This document shows positions 22,987 to 35,100 of a stretch of 64,000 nucleotides of DNA, piece after piece; position 1 is the stretch's first letter, and the number at the start of each line of letters is the position of its first letter. The stretch is from NCBI GenBank assembly GCA_964019335.1, contig OZ025707.1, positions 124,001 through 188,000 of the forward strand, in the 5' to 3' direction. The translations under genes and the position numbers were made by a program. The notes under the pieces are model-generated. The model had not been told where the DNA came from, made no database searches, and saw nothing but the letters and a program-made list of their open reading frames with translations. The DNA comes from Diplonema japonicum. Its lineage: Eukaryota; Protista; Euglenozoa: Diplonemea.

Positions 22987-24171
22987 ATGATGAGGTGTGG
23001 TCTCCTCCTGGCTGCGGCCTGTGCGGTGAGCGGTCTGTCCCTGTCGCCCGCGACGGACAAGGTTGTGAAGGATGAGTTCATCTTGTTGCTGCACTCGAAC
23101 ATCACGGTGGCGGACCACGATGCGCTGAACGAGAGGGTGAAGGGGAAGAAGTTCTCTATCGGGAAGGGGTTTCGGGCGGTCCATGCGACTTTGAACGAGG
23201 AGTCCCTTGAGTGGGTGCTTGCTCAGGAGCACCTTGTGAAGAAGGTGGAGCACAACCAGGTGGTGCGCCTCGTGCAGGAGACCTGCAACGCGCAGCAGAG
23301 GGACGCGTCGTGGGGTCAGGCGAGGACCACGAACGCTGGGCCGCAGAACGTTGTGAACACCTTCGCGCACAACCCTGACTGGGGCAAGGACATCGACATC
23401 TACATTGTTGACACCGGTATCAGGTGCACCCACGTTGACTTCAAGGACACCGAGGGGGAGAGCAGGTGCTTGTGGGGGGCGAACACCGCTGGCGGCAGCA
23501 ACACCGATGTGAACGGACACGGGACCCACTGCGCCTCGACATCGGGCGGGATCCGCTACGGTATCGCAAAGGCCTCGACGCTGATCGCCGTGAAGGTGCT
23601 CGGGGACAACGGTTCCGGGACAACGGCTGGTGTGATCGCCGGTGTGCAGTTCGTGGCGGACAACGCCGCCACAAGGAAGAAGAAGTCTGTTGCGAACATG
23701 TCGCTGGGAGGTGGCTTCAGCACGGCGTCGAACAACGCTGTCGACGCTGCTGTTGGCACCGGTGTTTCCTTCGCTGTGGCAGCCGGGAACGACAACGCTG
23801 ACGCGAGGAACTACAGCCCCGCCAGTGCCAAGGACTGCGTCACCGTCGGCTCCACCGAGCTCGCCAACTCGGGCGGCACCCAGGTGGACGCACGCTCCAG
23901 CTTCTCCAACTACGGCAGCACCCTCGACATCTTCGCACCCGGCTCCAACATTGTGGCCGCGTACTCCACCTCCGACACCGCCTACGCCACCCTCTCCGGT
24001 ACCTCCATGGCCTCCCCTCACGTTGCTGGTGCCATGGCTCTCTACGCCCAGACAAACAGCCCCGCTGAGGTCAAGAAGCTCCTCAACGACAACGCCGAGA
24101 CTGGTATCCTTCAGATCGGGACTGGGTCCCCGAACAAGATGCTTCACGTTCCTTGCATTAGCACCCGTTAA
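22987..24171 (+). CDS. S8 subtilase, copy 2
   Basis: Protein identical to copy 1. Confidence 0.95.
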   Translation: MMRCGLLLAAACAVSGLSLSPATDKVVKDEFILLLHSNITVADHDALNERVKGKKFSIGKGFRAVHATLNEESLEWVLAQEHLVKKVEHNQVVRLVQETCNAQQRDASWGQARTTNAGPQNVVNTFAHNPDWGKDIDIYIVDTGIRCTHVDFKDTEGESRCLWGANTAGGSNTDVNGHGTHCASTSGGIRYGIAKASTLIAVKVLGDNGSGTTAGVIAGVQFVADNAATRKKKSVANMSLGGGFSTASNNAVDAAVGTGVSFAVAAGNDNADARNYSPASAKDCVTVGSTELANSGGTQVDARSSFSNYGSTLDIFAPGSNIVAAYSTSDTAYATLSGTSMASPHVAGAMALYAQTNSPAEVKKLLNDNAETGILQIGTGSPNKMLHVPCISTR

Positions 24172-24887
24172 ACTCGGGATTCGCTGATCTTTGCATACTC
24201 TCTTCCCCTCCCCCTGAATGTGTAAACTAAAAAGAAAACGTGTGGCGTTCCCTTACTTGTGTTTATTTATTTATGAGAAAACTGCTAACTTGACCCCTAA
24301 GTTTGAGAAATGTCAAAAAGCCACCCCCTTAGTTTGAGAAATGTTCAAGGTCTATCTTTAAAGAGGAAAAAGTTTCTGATCCAGTCCCCAAGGTTTCCCT
24401 CTCCCCTCCCCTCCCCCTGAATGATTAAACCAAATTCGTTTTTGATCTTTTCAATCCCCCCCTCCCCTCCCCCTGAATGTGTAAACTAAAAAGAAAACGT
24501 GTGGCGTTACCTTACTTGTGTTTTTTTTTTAGACACCTTTTTTTATTGCTGAAGGAAAGAGAAATTTAAAAAAAAAAAAAAAAAAAACGAACTTGAAGAC
24601 CAAACAAAAACGTCTCCGGTTTTGTTGAATCTTTGGACGCAACAACAGAAGAGGGCATCCAAGTGTGTTTGTTCTTGTTGTGGATGTGTTTGTGTATTTG
24701 TCAGTACGAATTTAACCAGACTTCCCAATCCTTCGTTCGAACATCTCTTTCCTATTCCTTCTTCTCTTTTCCCTCTTTCTTTCTCTGCAGTTTTACACGT
24801 CTCGTATCTTATTTTTTCGAGTTCACATCCGATTAATCCCCAACACAGTCCCCTCTACCTGCACAACAACAACAACAACAACAAAGT

Positions 24888-26678
24888 ATGGATCCGTCAG
24901 CTGCTGCGAACAACACCACCCTCACAAAAGAGGAGGGGAGGGTTGCCTTGGTGAGAGCTGTTTCAAAAGGGGACCTTGAGGAGATGAGGGAACTTGTTCT
25001 GGAGCGGGGTGTTGACCCTGGTGCAACGGGCAGCGATGGTTTCACAGCCCTGCACTATGCAGCTCGCGAAAACAACTGTGTCGAGGCTGTGGCTGCTCTC
25101 GTCTCTTCTTACCACCAGGACCCTGGTGTGAAAAGCAACGATGGTTGGACACCGGTTCATCTAGCAGCACAGGAAGGCCAGCTGGAAACAGTTAAATATC
25201 TTATTGAAACTTGCGGTAGCGACGTAGGTGTCAAAAACAACGACAGTAGGACACCGGTTCACGAAGCAGCAGTTAACGGCCATCTTGAGACGGTTAAATA
25301 TCTTGTTGAAACTCTTGGTCAAGACGCTGGTGTCAAATGCAACTTAGGTTTTACACCGCTTCATGATGCAGCATCAAACGGCCACCTGGAGACAGTTAAA
25401 TATCTTGAAAAGTCTCGTTCCCGAAAAAAAAAGAGGAATGGAAAACTTGTTAAAACTCGCGGTGGCAACAAAGGTGTGAGCAGCAACGACGGTTGGACAC
25501 CGGTTCATCTAGCAGCAGAGTACGGCCACCTGGAGACTGTTAAATATCTTGTTGAAACTCTTGGTCAAGACGCTGGTGCGAAAAGCGAAGACGGTAGGAC
25601 ACCGATACATGAAGCAGCATTAGGAGGCCAGCTGGAGACTGTTAAATATCTTGTTGAAGCTTGCGGTCAAGACGCAGGTGTCAAAAGCAAAGACGGTAGG
25701 ACACCGGTTCATCACGCTGCATTAAGGGGCCATGTGATGACGGTTAAATATCTTGTTGAAACTCTCGGTCAAGACGCAGGTGTCAAAAGCAACTACGGTA
25801 GGACACCGCTTCATGAAGCAGCATTAAGGGGCCACCTGGAGACAGTTAAATATCTTGTTGAAACTCTCGGTCAAGACGCAGGTGTCAAAACCAACAATGG
25901 TTGGGCACCGGTTCATCTAGCAGCAGAGTACGGCCACCTGGAGACTGTTAAATATCTTGTTGAAACTCTCGGTCAAGATGCAGGTGTCAAAAACAAAGAC
26001 GGTTTTACACCGCTTCATGAAGCAGCATTAAAGGGCCATCTGGAGACAGTTAAATATCTTGTTGAAACTCTCGGTCAAGACGCAGGTGTCAAAACCAACG
26101 AGGGTTGGGCACCGTTTCAACTAGCAGCATCAAGTGGCCAGCTGGAGACAGTAAAATATTTTGTTGAAACTCTCGGTCAAGACGCAGGTGTCAAAAGCAA
26201 CTCCGGTAGGACACCGCTTCATGATGCAGCATCAAGGGGCCACCTGGAGACAGTAAAATATCTTGTTGAAACTCTCGGTCAAGACGCAGGTGTCAGAAGC
26301 AACTACGGTAGGACACCGCTTCATGATGCAGCATCAAGGGGCCAGCTGGAGACAGTTAAATATCTTGTTGAAAGCAGGAGAGGTGCGGCATCACGCACTC
26401 TTTCCGTTTCATGCAAAAAAAGAAAACTTGTTGAAACTCGCGGTCAAGACGCAGGTGTCAAGTGCGACATAGGTTGGACACCGCTTCATGAAGCAGCATT
26501 CAAGGGCCATCTTGAGACGGTTAAATATCTTGTTGAAACTTGCGGTCAAGACGCAGGTGTCAAAAACAACGACGGTAGCACACCGGTTCATCTAGCGGCA
26601 CAGGAAAGCCATCTCGAAACAATAAAATATCTTGTTGAAGAAAGAATAAAAGAAAAAGACTGGCGACAAGAAGGATAG
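24888..26678 (+). CDS. Ankyrin-repeat protein, copy 2 (596 aa)
   Basis: One 34-aa repeat longer than copy 1. Confidence 0.9.
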   Translation: MDPSAAANNTTLTKEEGRVALVRAVSKGDLEEMRELVLERGVDPGATGSDGFTALHYAARENNCVEAVAALVSSYHQDPGVKSNDGWTPVHLAAQEGQLETVKYLIETCGSDVGVKNNDSRTPVHEAAVNGHLETVKYLVETLGQDAGVKCNLGFTPLHDAASNGHLETVKYLEKSRSRKKKRNGKLVKTRGGNKGVSSNDGWTPVHLAAEYGHLETVKYLVETLGQDAGAKSEDGRTPIHEAALGGQLETVKYLVEACGQDAGVKSKDGRTPVHHAALRGHVMTVKYLVETLGQDAGVKSNYGRTPLHEAALRGHLETVKYLVETLGQDAGVKTNNGWAPVHLAAEYGHLETVKYLVETLGQDAGVKNKDGFTPLHEAALKGHLETVKYLVETLGQDAGVKTNEGWAPFQLAASSGQLETVKYFVETLGQDAGVKSNSGRTPLHDAASRGHLETVKYLVETLGQDAGVRSNYGRTPLHDAASRGQLETVKYLVESRRGAASRTLSVSCKKRKLVETRGQDAGVKCDIGWTPLHEAAFKGHLETVKYLVETCGQDAGVKNNDGSTPVHLAAQESHLETIKYLVEERIKEKDWRQEG

Positions 26679-27467
26679 AAAATAAAGTGTTCACCAGTGT
26701 GATGTTCGAGAGGCACAATTTTCGTACTCTCCTATTTTTTTTTTTTTAATTTTTTATTTATTTATTTATTTATTATTTTTTTTTTTTTGCATGAAGAAAA
26801 ACAATCTATTGATACTGAATTGTTATTGCTAAAAAGAGTAGTGGTGGCATTGTAGGGCTTACCCTTCTACAGGTTAACCCCGGCTGTGCACAAACAGCAA
26901 TCAACCGACTCTTTTTTTTTTTGAAGAAGTAAAAGAGAAGAAAAAAAACTATAACTATCTTGTTTCAAATCGTACCTGTTTCTTTGTTGTAAATGTGTCT
27001 CTCTCTCTTTTTTTTTTCTTCTTCTTTTTTTTTTTTCTTCTTCTCTTTATTTATACTCGGTTGTTTTGTACACCAGGTACCCTTAACGTCATGAAAGACC
27101 CGAAGAGGGCGGGGTTCCTCAAGGACAGTGAAGAGACCACCTTTTTATTAGCAAGCCATTCAAGGCAGCAGGAAGAAAACAAATGAAGTGTATCAAATAG
27201 AAGAACAGAAATTTTGATAAATTTCGGTGTGCGGGTGGGTGCTCACCGTTGTAGAAAAGAAAAAAAAAATGAAAAAGAAAGAAGTAGTAAACCCCCACAG
27301 GTGCATCTTCAGGAGTTTCAGTCTTGAAGAAGAGAAAAGAAAAGAAAAAAAGAAGAAAAGAAAAGGGGAAAAAAAAAAAAGAAGAGAAGTGATTTCCTTT
27401 TGATCTTTCTTTTGTTGTTGTGTTTGATGTTTTTTTTTTTTTTCTGATTAGAGTGGGTCTTTTTGTT

Positions 27468-27530
27468 GTAGGTGCAGGTAGAAGATGAGAACAAGGGGGC
27501 GTCTCACAAAGACTTCCTTTAACTCATATA
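27468..27530 (+). mobile_element. 63-bp insertion with 6-bp TSD (probable extremely 5'-truncated retroelement)
   Basis: Absent in the other spacers; TTTGTT duplicated at 27462-27467 and 27531-27536; small stem TGAGA/TCTCA. Confidence 0.7.
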
Positions 27531-28502
27531 TTTGTTTTTTCCCTCGCTCTCATCTTCTCTTGGAAAGAGAAAAATAAATAGAAAAGGGAGGGCCTCCGAT
27601 GTTCAAAACCTAAATAGATTTTTTTTTTTTTTTTAAACCAGGGGCGGAAGTTCGCCAAGAGTGTACAGTCCTGTTTCTCGCGGAAACAGAGAACCTACCC
27701 CCCACCCCCACAGCAGCCGACCAATCAGACACAGCAGTGTGAAAAAAAAAAAAAAAAAAAAATGCCCTTATTTAGAACAAAAGGAGAAAGGGAAAAAAAA
27801 AAAGCAATTGTTTATCTTTCTTCTACTGCCTCCTTCTTTTGGGTACCAAAAAAGCTTTTCAGAAGTCCAATACCGGCCAGGGGTGAGAGTGAGAGGACAA
27901 CATGGAAGTCCGGTTCCCCGTGGTTTCATCCCCCATCCTCATTCTCGCTTTCCTCCCACCTCTTCATAGTTTACTGTTTCACGAGCGCTCCTTTTGTCGT
28001 TGTTGGACTTCAGGGTGAGCTGCTTATATTCCTTTCCTCCCGAGTTTCAGCCTTGTGAGCTGACCATCAATATTCAATAGATTTTTTTTTTTTAAACCGG
28101 GGGCGGAGGCTCACATTTAGTTTACTTTTTTCATTTTTATTTTTATTAGGTTTGTCCTCCACTTTGAGTTTTTATTTTTTATTTTTTTTTTTCTTACTTT
28201 ATTTTTTATTTCTATTCTTACTTTCATTTTTCATTTAATTTTACGTTTCATCCCGCTACCAGTCGTGGTCGCCAACAGCTCGCTCACACCCTTCTCCAGG
28301 ATCTCCCTCCAGCATCTTGTCCGCGCAGCTGTCCGCGGCGGCGTCGTAGTCAGTCTCGGGGTACTCAGGATAGAGGCCAGTCCCCACGTCTCACACCCTT
28401 CTCCAGGGCGGTTGGCCCATCGACACACATCGCGGCCTTCTCGTAGAGCTGCAGTGGGCCACCCTCCCGCGCTCGGGGAGGGGTCTTGCTTCCAAAAACA
28501 CA

Positions 28503-28542
<40 letters not shown>

Positions 28543-28579
28543 ACAGTTTCCTTTCTCCTTACTTTACTTTTAACTTAAC

Positions 28580-29764
28580 ATGATGAGGTGTGGTCTCCTC
28601 CTGGCTGCGGCCTGTGCGGTGAGCGGTCTGTCCCTGTCGCCCGCGACGGACAAGGTTGTGAAGGATGAGTTCATCTTGTTGCTGCACTCGAACATCACGG
28701 TGGCGGACCACGATGCGCTGAACGAGAGGGTGAAGGGGAAGAAGTTCTCTATCGGGAAGGGGTTTCGGGCGGTCCATGCGACTTTGAACGAGGAGTCCCT
28801 TGAGTGGGTGCTTGCTCAGGAGCACCTTGTGAAGAAGGTGGAGCACAACCAGGTGGTGCGCCTCGTGCAGGAGACCTGCAACGCGCAGCAGAGGGACGCG
28901 TCGTGGGGTCAGGCGAGGACCACGAACGCTGGGCCGCAGAACGTTGTGAACACCTTCGCGCACAACCCTGACTGGGGCAAGGACATCGACATCTACATTG
29001 TTGACACCGGTATCAGGTGCACCCACGTTGACTTCAAGGACACCGAGGGGGAGAGCAGGTGCTTGTGGGGGGCGAACACCGCTGGCGGCAGCAACACCGA
29101 TGTGAACGGACACGGGACCCACTGCGCCTCGACATCGGGCGGGATCCGCTACGGTATCGCAAAGGCCTCGACGCTGATCGCCGTGAAGGTGCTCGGGGAC
29201 AACGGTTCCGGGACAACGGCTGGTGTGATCGCCGGTGTGCAGTTCGTGGCGGACAACGCCGCCACAAGGAAGAAGAAGTCTGTTGCGAACATGTCGCTGG
29301 GAGGTGGCTTCAGCACGGCGTCGAACAACGCTGTCGACGCTGCTGTTGGCACCGGTGTTTCCTTCGCTGTGGCAGCCGGGAACGACAACGCTGACGCGAG
29401 GAACTACAGCCCCGCCAGTGCCAAGGACTGCGTCACCGTCGGCTCCACCGAGCTCGCCAACTCGGGCGGCACCCAGGTGGACGCACGCTCCAGCTTCTCC
29501 AACTACGGCAGCACCCTCGACATCTTCGCACCCGGCTCCAACATTGTGGCCGCGTACTCCACCTCCGACACCGCCTACGCCACCCTCTCCGGTACCTCCA
29601 TGGCCTCCCCTCACGTTGCTGGTGCCATGGCTCTCTACGCCCAGACAAACAGCCCCGCTGAGGTCAAGAAGCTCCTCAACGACAACGCCGAGACTGGTAT
29701 CCTTCAGATCGGGACTGGGTCCCCGAACAAGATGCTTCACGTTCCTTGCATTAGCACCCGTTAA
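28580..29764 (+). CDS. S8 subtilase, copy 3
   Basis: Protein identical to copy 1. Confidence 0.95.
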   Translation: MMRCGLLLAAACAVSGLSLSPATDKVVKDEFILLLHSNITVADHDALNERVKGKKFSIGKGFRAVHATLNEESLEWVLAQEHLVKKVEHNQVVRLVQETCNAQQRDASWGQARTTNAGPQNVVNTFAHNPDWGKDIDIYIVDTGIRCTHVDFKDTEGESRCLWGANTAGGSNTDVNGHGTHCASTSGGIRYGIAKASTLIAVKVLGDNGSGTTAGVIAGVQFVADNAATRKKKSVANMSLGGGFSTASNNAVDAAVGTGVSFAVAAGNDNADARNYSPASAKDCVTVGSTELANSGGTQVDARSSFSNYGSTLDIFAPGSNIVAAYSTSDTAYATLSGTSMASPHVAGAMALYAQTNSPAEVKKLLNDNAETGILQIGTGSPNKMLHVPCISTR

Positions 29765-30503
29765 AAAACCTCGGGTTGGGGATTCGCTGATATTTTCATA
29801 CTCCCCTCCCCTGAATGATTAAACCAAATAAGTGTGGCGTTACCTTACGTGTTTTTTTTTTCTTGAAAGGAAAGTGAAATAAAAAAATGAAATTAAAGAG
29901 TTATAAAAAAAAAACAAAAAAGCCCCCCGGTATTTGTCGTTTCATTGCACGCAACAGCCGAACAGGGTGTCTAACTGTGATCCTTTTTTTTTCCAATTGT
30001 TTTGTTTTTGTATGTTGTGTGCATGTCGGTACAAAGGAAAAAGGGGGGGAAAATATTCGTAGGCACTATCTTTCGTTCAAAAATCTCTTTCCTGTTTTTT
30101 TCTTCTTCTATTTGTTTCATTCTCTGCAGTTTTCTACATCTCAGGGGGGCAGCAAGGGAAGTCTAAACAAAGGGGGTGGGGGTGGTTTCTCTAGTGTTAG
30201 GCACTTGGCACTTTATTTGCCCTTGAATGACGAAATCAAAAGAAAATCTTTTTTGCCCGCGTGGTTACGAAATCCTTGAAGATGATCTCTTCTGTCCCGA
30301 CGGGGGCCGGGGTACGCGATACACCATATAAGTCATCTTTGCTGCCTTTCTTTTTTGCTCAAATAATCTAAACAGAAACTTTTGAACCGCCAAAAAAAAA
30401 GGTGTTGACATTTTAGTCCGGACAAGCTCAGAATAAATCTCGTTTTTCTAGTTCGCATCCAATTAATCCCTCCCAACACAGTCGCCTCTACCAACAAAAA
30501 AAT

Positions 30504-32198
30504 ATGGATCCGTCGGTACTTCAGAAGTACGAGGAAGGGGAGTGCCTCGGGTCCGGCGGACAGGGGTCGGTGTACAAGGTGGTGAGGAGGGTGGATGGAG
30601 ATATCTTTGCGATGAAGGTGTTGAAGGCGTTCACAGAAGAGGAGCACAAGAAGAACGTGGAGGAGGTGCGGCACATGCTGAAGCTGAAGCACAGGAACTT
30701 GATTCCCTGCCTTGACTTCTTCGAGACGACAAAGCAGCTGGCAAAGGAATCCCTGGCCAAGGTGTGGCAGCTTCACATCGTGATGCCCCTGTACGGAAAA
30801 GGGGACCTCTACTCATGCGTCCAAAAGGAGGGACCCCTCTCTCCGGAGAGGGCGCACAGGCTCTTGCAGGAGATGGGAGGGGTTCTTCAGTTGATTCACG
30901 GTGAGGGCTTCATCCACAGGGACGTGAAACCCCAAAACATCATGGTGTCGGGGAAGGGACCTCTTTCTGTGGCCAGTGTCGTTGGCGGCGAAGAGGGGGA
31001 GGCGGAGTTCATTTTGGCTGACCTGGGACTGTCGAAGGAGGTGTCCTCCAGTGGGGTAGCGAACTCCATCTTAGGCACACCAGCTTACATGGCACCCGAC
31101 TTCAACGGAAAGGACGGCTACACCAACAAAGTAGACATGTGGGCCCTCGGGGTGACTGTGTGTCAAGTGGTTCTCAAAGCAGACCTGAGGGACCTCTTTC
31201 TGAGGTACCTGCATCATAACCGTGAGCTTGTGATGGGGAAACTTCAAACCCACCTCCCCCCTGCCCTCTGGGAGGTTGTGTTCCGCCTCCTCTCCACCGA
31301 CCCTTTGGAACGCCCCAGTGCATCCGAGATGTTGCAGATCGGAACTCCTGGTATAATAGTCAGCACCTCTTCAACTACCAGTGGCGGTGACATGCACCCA
31401 CCTGTTGCGAACAACACCACCCTCACAAAAGAGGAGGGGAGGGTTGCCTTGGTGAGCGCTGTTTCAAAAGGGGACCTTGAGGAGATGAGGGAACTTGTTC
31501 TGGAGCGGGGTGTTGACCCTGGTGCAACGGGCAGCGATGGTTTCACAGCCCTGCACTATGCTGCTCGCGAAAACAACTGTGTCGAGGTTGTGGCTGCTCT
31601 CGTCTCTTCTTACCACCAGGACCCTGGTGTGAAAAGCAACGTTGGTTGGACACCGGTTCACCAAGCAGCAGAGCATGGAAGCCTAGAGACAGTTAAATAT
31701 CTCGTCGAAACTCTCGATCAAGACTGTGGTGTGAAGAGCAACGACGGTTGGACACCGGTTCATCAAGCATCACGGTACGGCCACTTCGAGACAGTTAAGT
31801 ATCTTGTTGAAACTTGCGGTAGCGACGCAGGTGTCAAAAACAACAACGGTTGGGCACCGGTTCATCTAGCAGCACAGGGTGCACACGTCGAGACGGTTAA
31901 ATATTTTGTTGAAACTCGCGGTCACCTCGAAACAGTTAAATATCTCATCGAAACTTGCGGTCAAGATGCAGGCGTCAAATGCAACGACGGTAGGACACCG
32001 GTTCATCAGGCAGCACAGGGCGGCCACCTGGAGACAGTTAAATATCTTGTTGAAACTCTTGGTCAAGACACGGGTCTCAGAAGCAACATCGGATGGACAC
32101 CTGTTCATCTAGCAGCCAGAGTGGCCACCTCGAGGTAGTTAAGTATTTCGTCAAAGCTCGCGGTCAAGACTGTGGTGTCAAAAACATCTATGGTCTGA
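30504..32198 (+). CDS. Ser/Thr protein kinase (NEK-like) fused to ankyrin repeats; 3' end frameshifted and truncated by the Penelope-like element
   Basis: GSGGQG, AMK, HRDVKPQN, DLG (DFG position), GTPAYMAPD, DMWALG, then the same ANK N-terminus as the array genes. After about 32120 the ANK reading continues in another frame (GHLEVVKYFVKARGQDCGVKNIYGLT) up to the insertion. Confidence 0.9.
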
Positions 32199-35100
32199 CA
32201 TCCTAACTTAAAACCATTTCAGTTGCCTCTAACTGCACTACCTTGTGGGCGCCGTTTAGACGCAACCAGAGGTTCTGCAGGTTTTTAACTCTTAAGATTA
32301 GTTTTTAAGACTTACCAACCCCAGCGACCAACAATGGGGACTTACTTCACCGTAGGTCACTCTGCAGGGTCGCATTTATGTAGACCCAAATACGAAACTG
32401 ATCTCCTCCCGTTCGTCGTTGAAAGCCGAAGTTTTCGAGGGCTTTCTTCCGAAAAAAGCCCGTTTTTGATAAAATGCCTTTTGACCGCACAACTAGAGAC
32501 TCCCCACCTCTACATCCTACATCCTGAGAAATCCGCTCAGCCCCTTGTACGTCAAAGAGGGGGTCCATGCGACACGGCGTTAGTTGGGCGATGATAGGTT
32601 TCGTAAACTGGCCCTGGGGAGCTCTCGACCGTGCAGTGATAGTCCTGACTGCACGGGTGAACATACAGGCAAGGCATGCACGTTTTTTTGATGAGGTGAG
32701 CCGCGCTATATGACTGAACGTATATTTGCACATATATATAGTGCCCTATATCCATTCTATGCACCCAACTATTCCTTTTCCCCCCCGTTCTTACCTAGAC
32801 AAGGAGAACCCTTCGTTAGCTTTGCTGCCCGCGCAGGCTACGTCCTTCTCACAGGACCATCCGGCACGCTCAGGAAAGTGGTGGAAAAAAAGCCCTCAGT
32901 AGGCAACTCGGCTCATGTTGAAATACTCCGGTCGGACCCCGTTACGGCAACGGGTGCAGTTCATACCCACCATCAGCTCATTATGACATGTCTAGACCTC
33001 CTTGTCCCCGGTCCTCTAACCCGTCTAGTGCTCTGACCAACTTGTGACTGTCATTCTAAAAGCTGTCCTAAATAAAACTGCTGCTAGGAGTCAGGTAACC
33101 AATCCACCTTTGTAGAAACCCTCCGTTTTTCTAAAGCATCAAGCATTTTCATAGCGATGAAGAGACCCGCCTACGGCCGCTTTCCAACTCGTTATGACAC
33201 GCGCGCATCACAGGTGCGGCGTGCCGCAGGAAATGCACCCCTAAAGATCAATACCTTTCCGTCAACAACGAATAAAACAAACACTTATAAGAAGTATAGT
33301 CAGTCGCGCATATATACCCTTCAACTACCGTGCAATCAACAGGTCGCCCTCCAGAGAGGAAGTCATCCGCACCATCTGTGACGCCTATGGTGCGGGTGTC
33401 CGAAAGGCCCTCTTCGTACGTGATGTCGTACAAAACGGCAACGTGCTAAAGGTCCACCTGGAGATCGCCACCAGGGACACACATATTCCCTATGCACTCC
33501 TCACGCAGGCACTCCTACACCACCATGGAGTCCGTGCCTGTTTCACCGAAGGTGTAGCACCGACGCGTCCCGTCAAGACCTTACGGAAAACGCCTACTAC
33601 TCCTCAACCGGCCCACCGGCCGAACCACCGGTCTGGCCCCCAGCCCGCTTATCGTCACGGATACCAACCTGCCTACGATAACCGCTGGGGCAAAGATCAA
33701 AACAGGTACGAGATCCGCAAGGACTTCTTCCTTAGCACAATGGCAAAGGACCAAGTCAAGAAGTCGCGGGACATCTCCAAGCCTAGCCCGGTCAGCTGCA
33801 AACGAAACAACGGCAGCATTGACTGGGCCCTCTGGGAGTCTCTCAGCCAGGACGCAGCCGCCAAGTTCATGGCCAAGTACAGCCGCATCGTAAAGAACAT
33901 GCGCCAAGGAAAGGCCCCCGAACAGGACGCAGCAGGTATCATCTACCTCGCTGTCGACAAACACGGTGAACCTGTGTACGCAGGGCAGACGTTTAACACC
34001 TTACGTCGTCGTATGCAGGGCCACTGGAGCAGCGCCAGATCGCACAGAGAGAACGCTGAAAGCAACGACACCCGCTTTCACAAGGCCCTCAGGGAAAACG
34101 GGGGCCCGTTATTCGCTTTCCCCGTCGAATCGATCAACCCCAAGTTCTTCGACGACGCCAAGTCCTTCCGTCGTGTTGCGATCCCCAGGGAGAACCAGTA
34201 CATCAATAGGCTGGCTTGCTCCCTTAACATGCGTGGTAGGTTTGCTAAGACGCAGACCCGTCGCCGCCGCAACACGAAACGTAAACCTAAGACGGTACGC
34301 GAGCAGCAACAGCAGCGACACCAACACCAGGGGCGCTCGAATGCCAAACAGGACCCCAGCAGCAACACTACTACGTCCCCTTCGAACCCCAACAACACCC
34401 CCACCAGATCTACCGCTCCCTCGATACGGCTGAACGACGACGGGGAGCTGTCGATCCAGGCTACTGGGTCCAACTACAAGTCCCTGTGTATGAAGATCAC
34501 CGCGATGTGTGCACACCCCGATGTGCTGAACTACGACTTCACTACCTGGGCCCCCAAGACCGTCTTCAGGTACCTGAACTTCCTGAGACGTTACTTCGTC
34601 GGGAACTTCTTCACCGCCAAGATCGCGGCTATCGAACGAGGCCTCACCAACCGCCTCAGCCCTGCCCTCTTGAAAAAGGTGGTCCGCCGAGACGAAGGCT
34701 TCGTGTGGTTCAAAACGAGTTTTGACCACAAGGCCAAGGAGATGATCCTCTGGCGTAAGGTCTTCGAGGACAAGGAGTAATTGCGGCATGCCCCAAGCCA
34801 GCCCTCCTTCGCAGAGTACACATGTGCAACAAGCTTGGTCAAACCCTCAAGGCCACAGTGTGCAATGTGACGAAGCTCAGCATCGAGACCCCGCGTCCAG
34901 AAGCGGCCGAGCCTACAACAAACTGCCCTTGCTCGAAGCGCAAGACCTCACACACACATGAGGGACACGCCTGCGGACTAGCAGCAGAGGTCATCGATGA
35001 CGACGAAGTGAAGGAGGTTCTGAACAGAGGCATGAAGTTCCGCCTCTCAACACACGCCCTCCTCTCTTCCCAAAGTCTCGAGGAGGACATCAACGGGTTC

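Noticed and set aside
34760-34830. Selenocysteine/readthrough junction between PLE ORFs, as in Naiad selenoproteins
   Set aside because: The stop is TAA and the next ORF is in a different frame; a single-base deletion explains it. No clear SECIS was seen.
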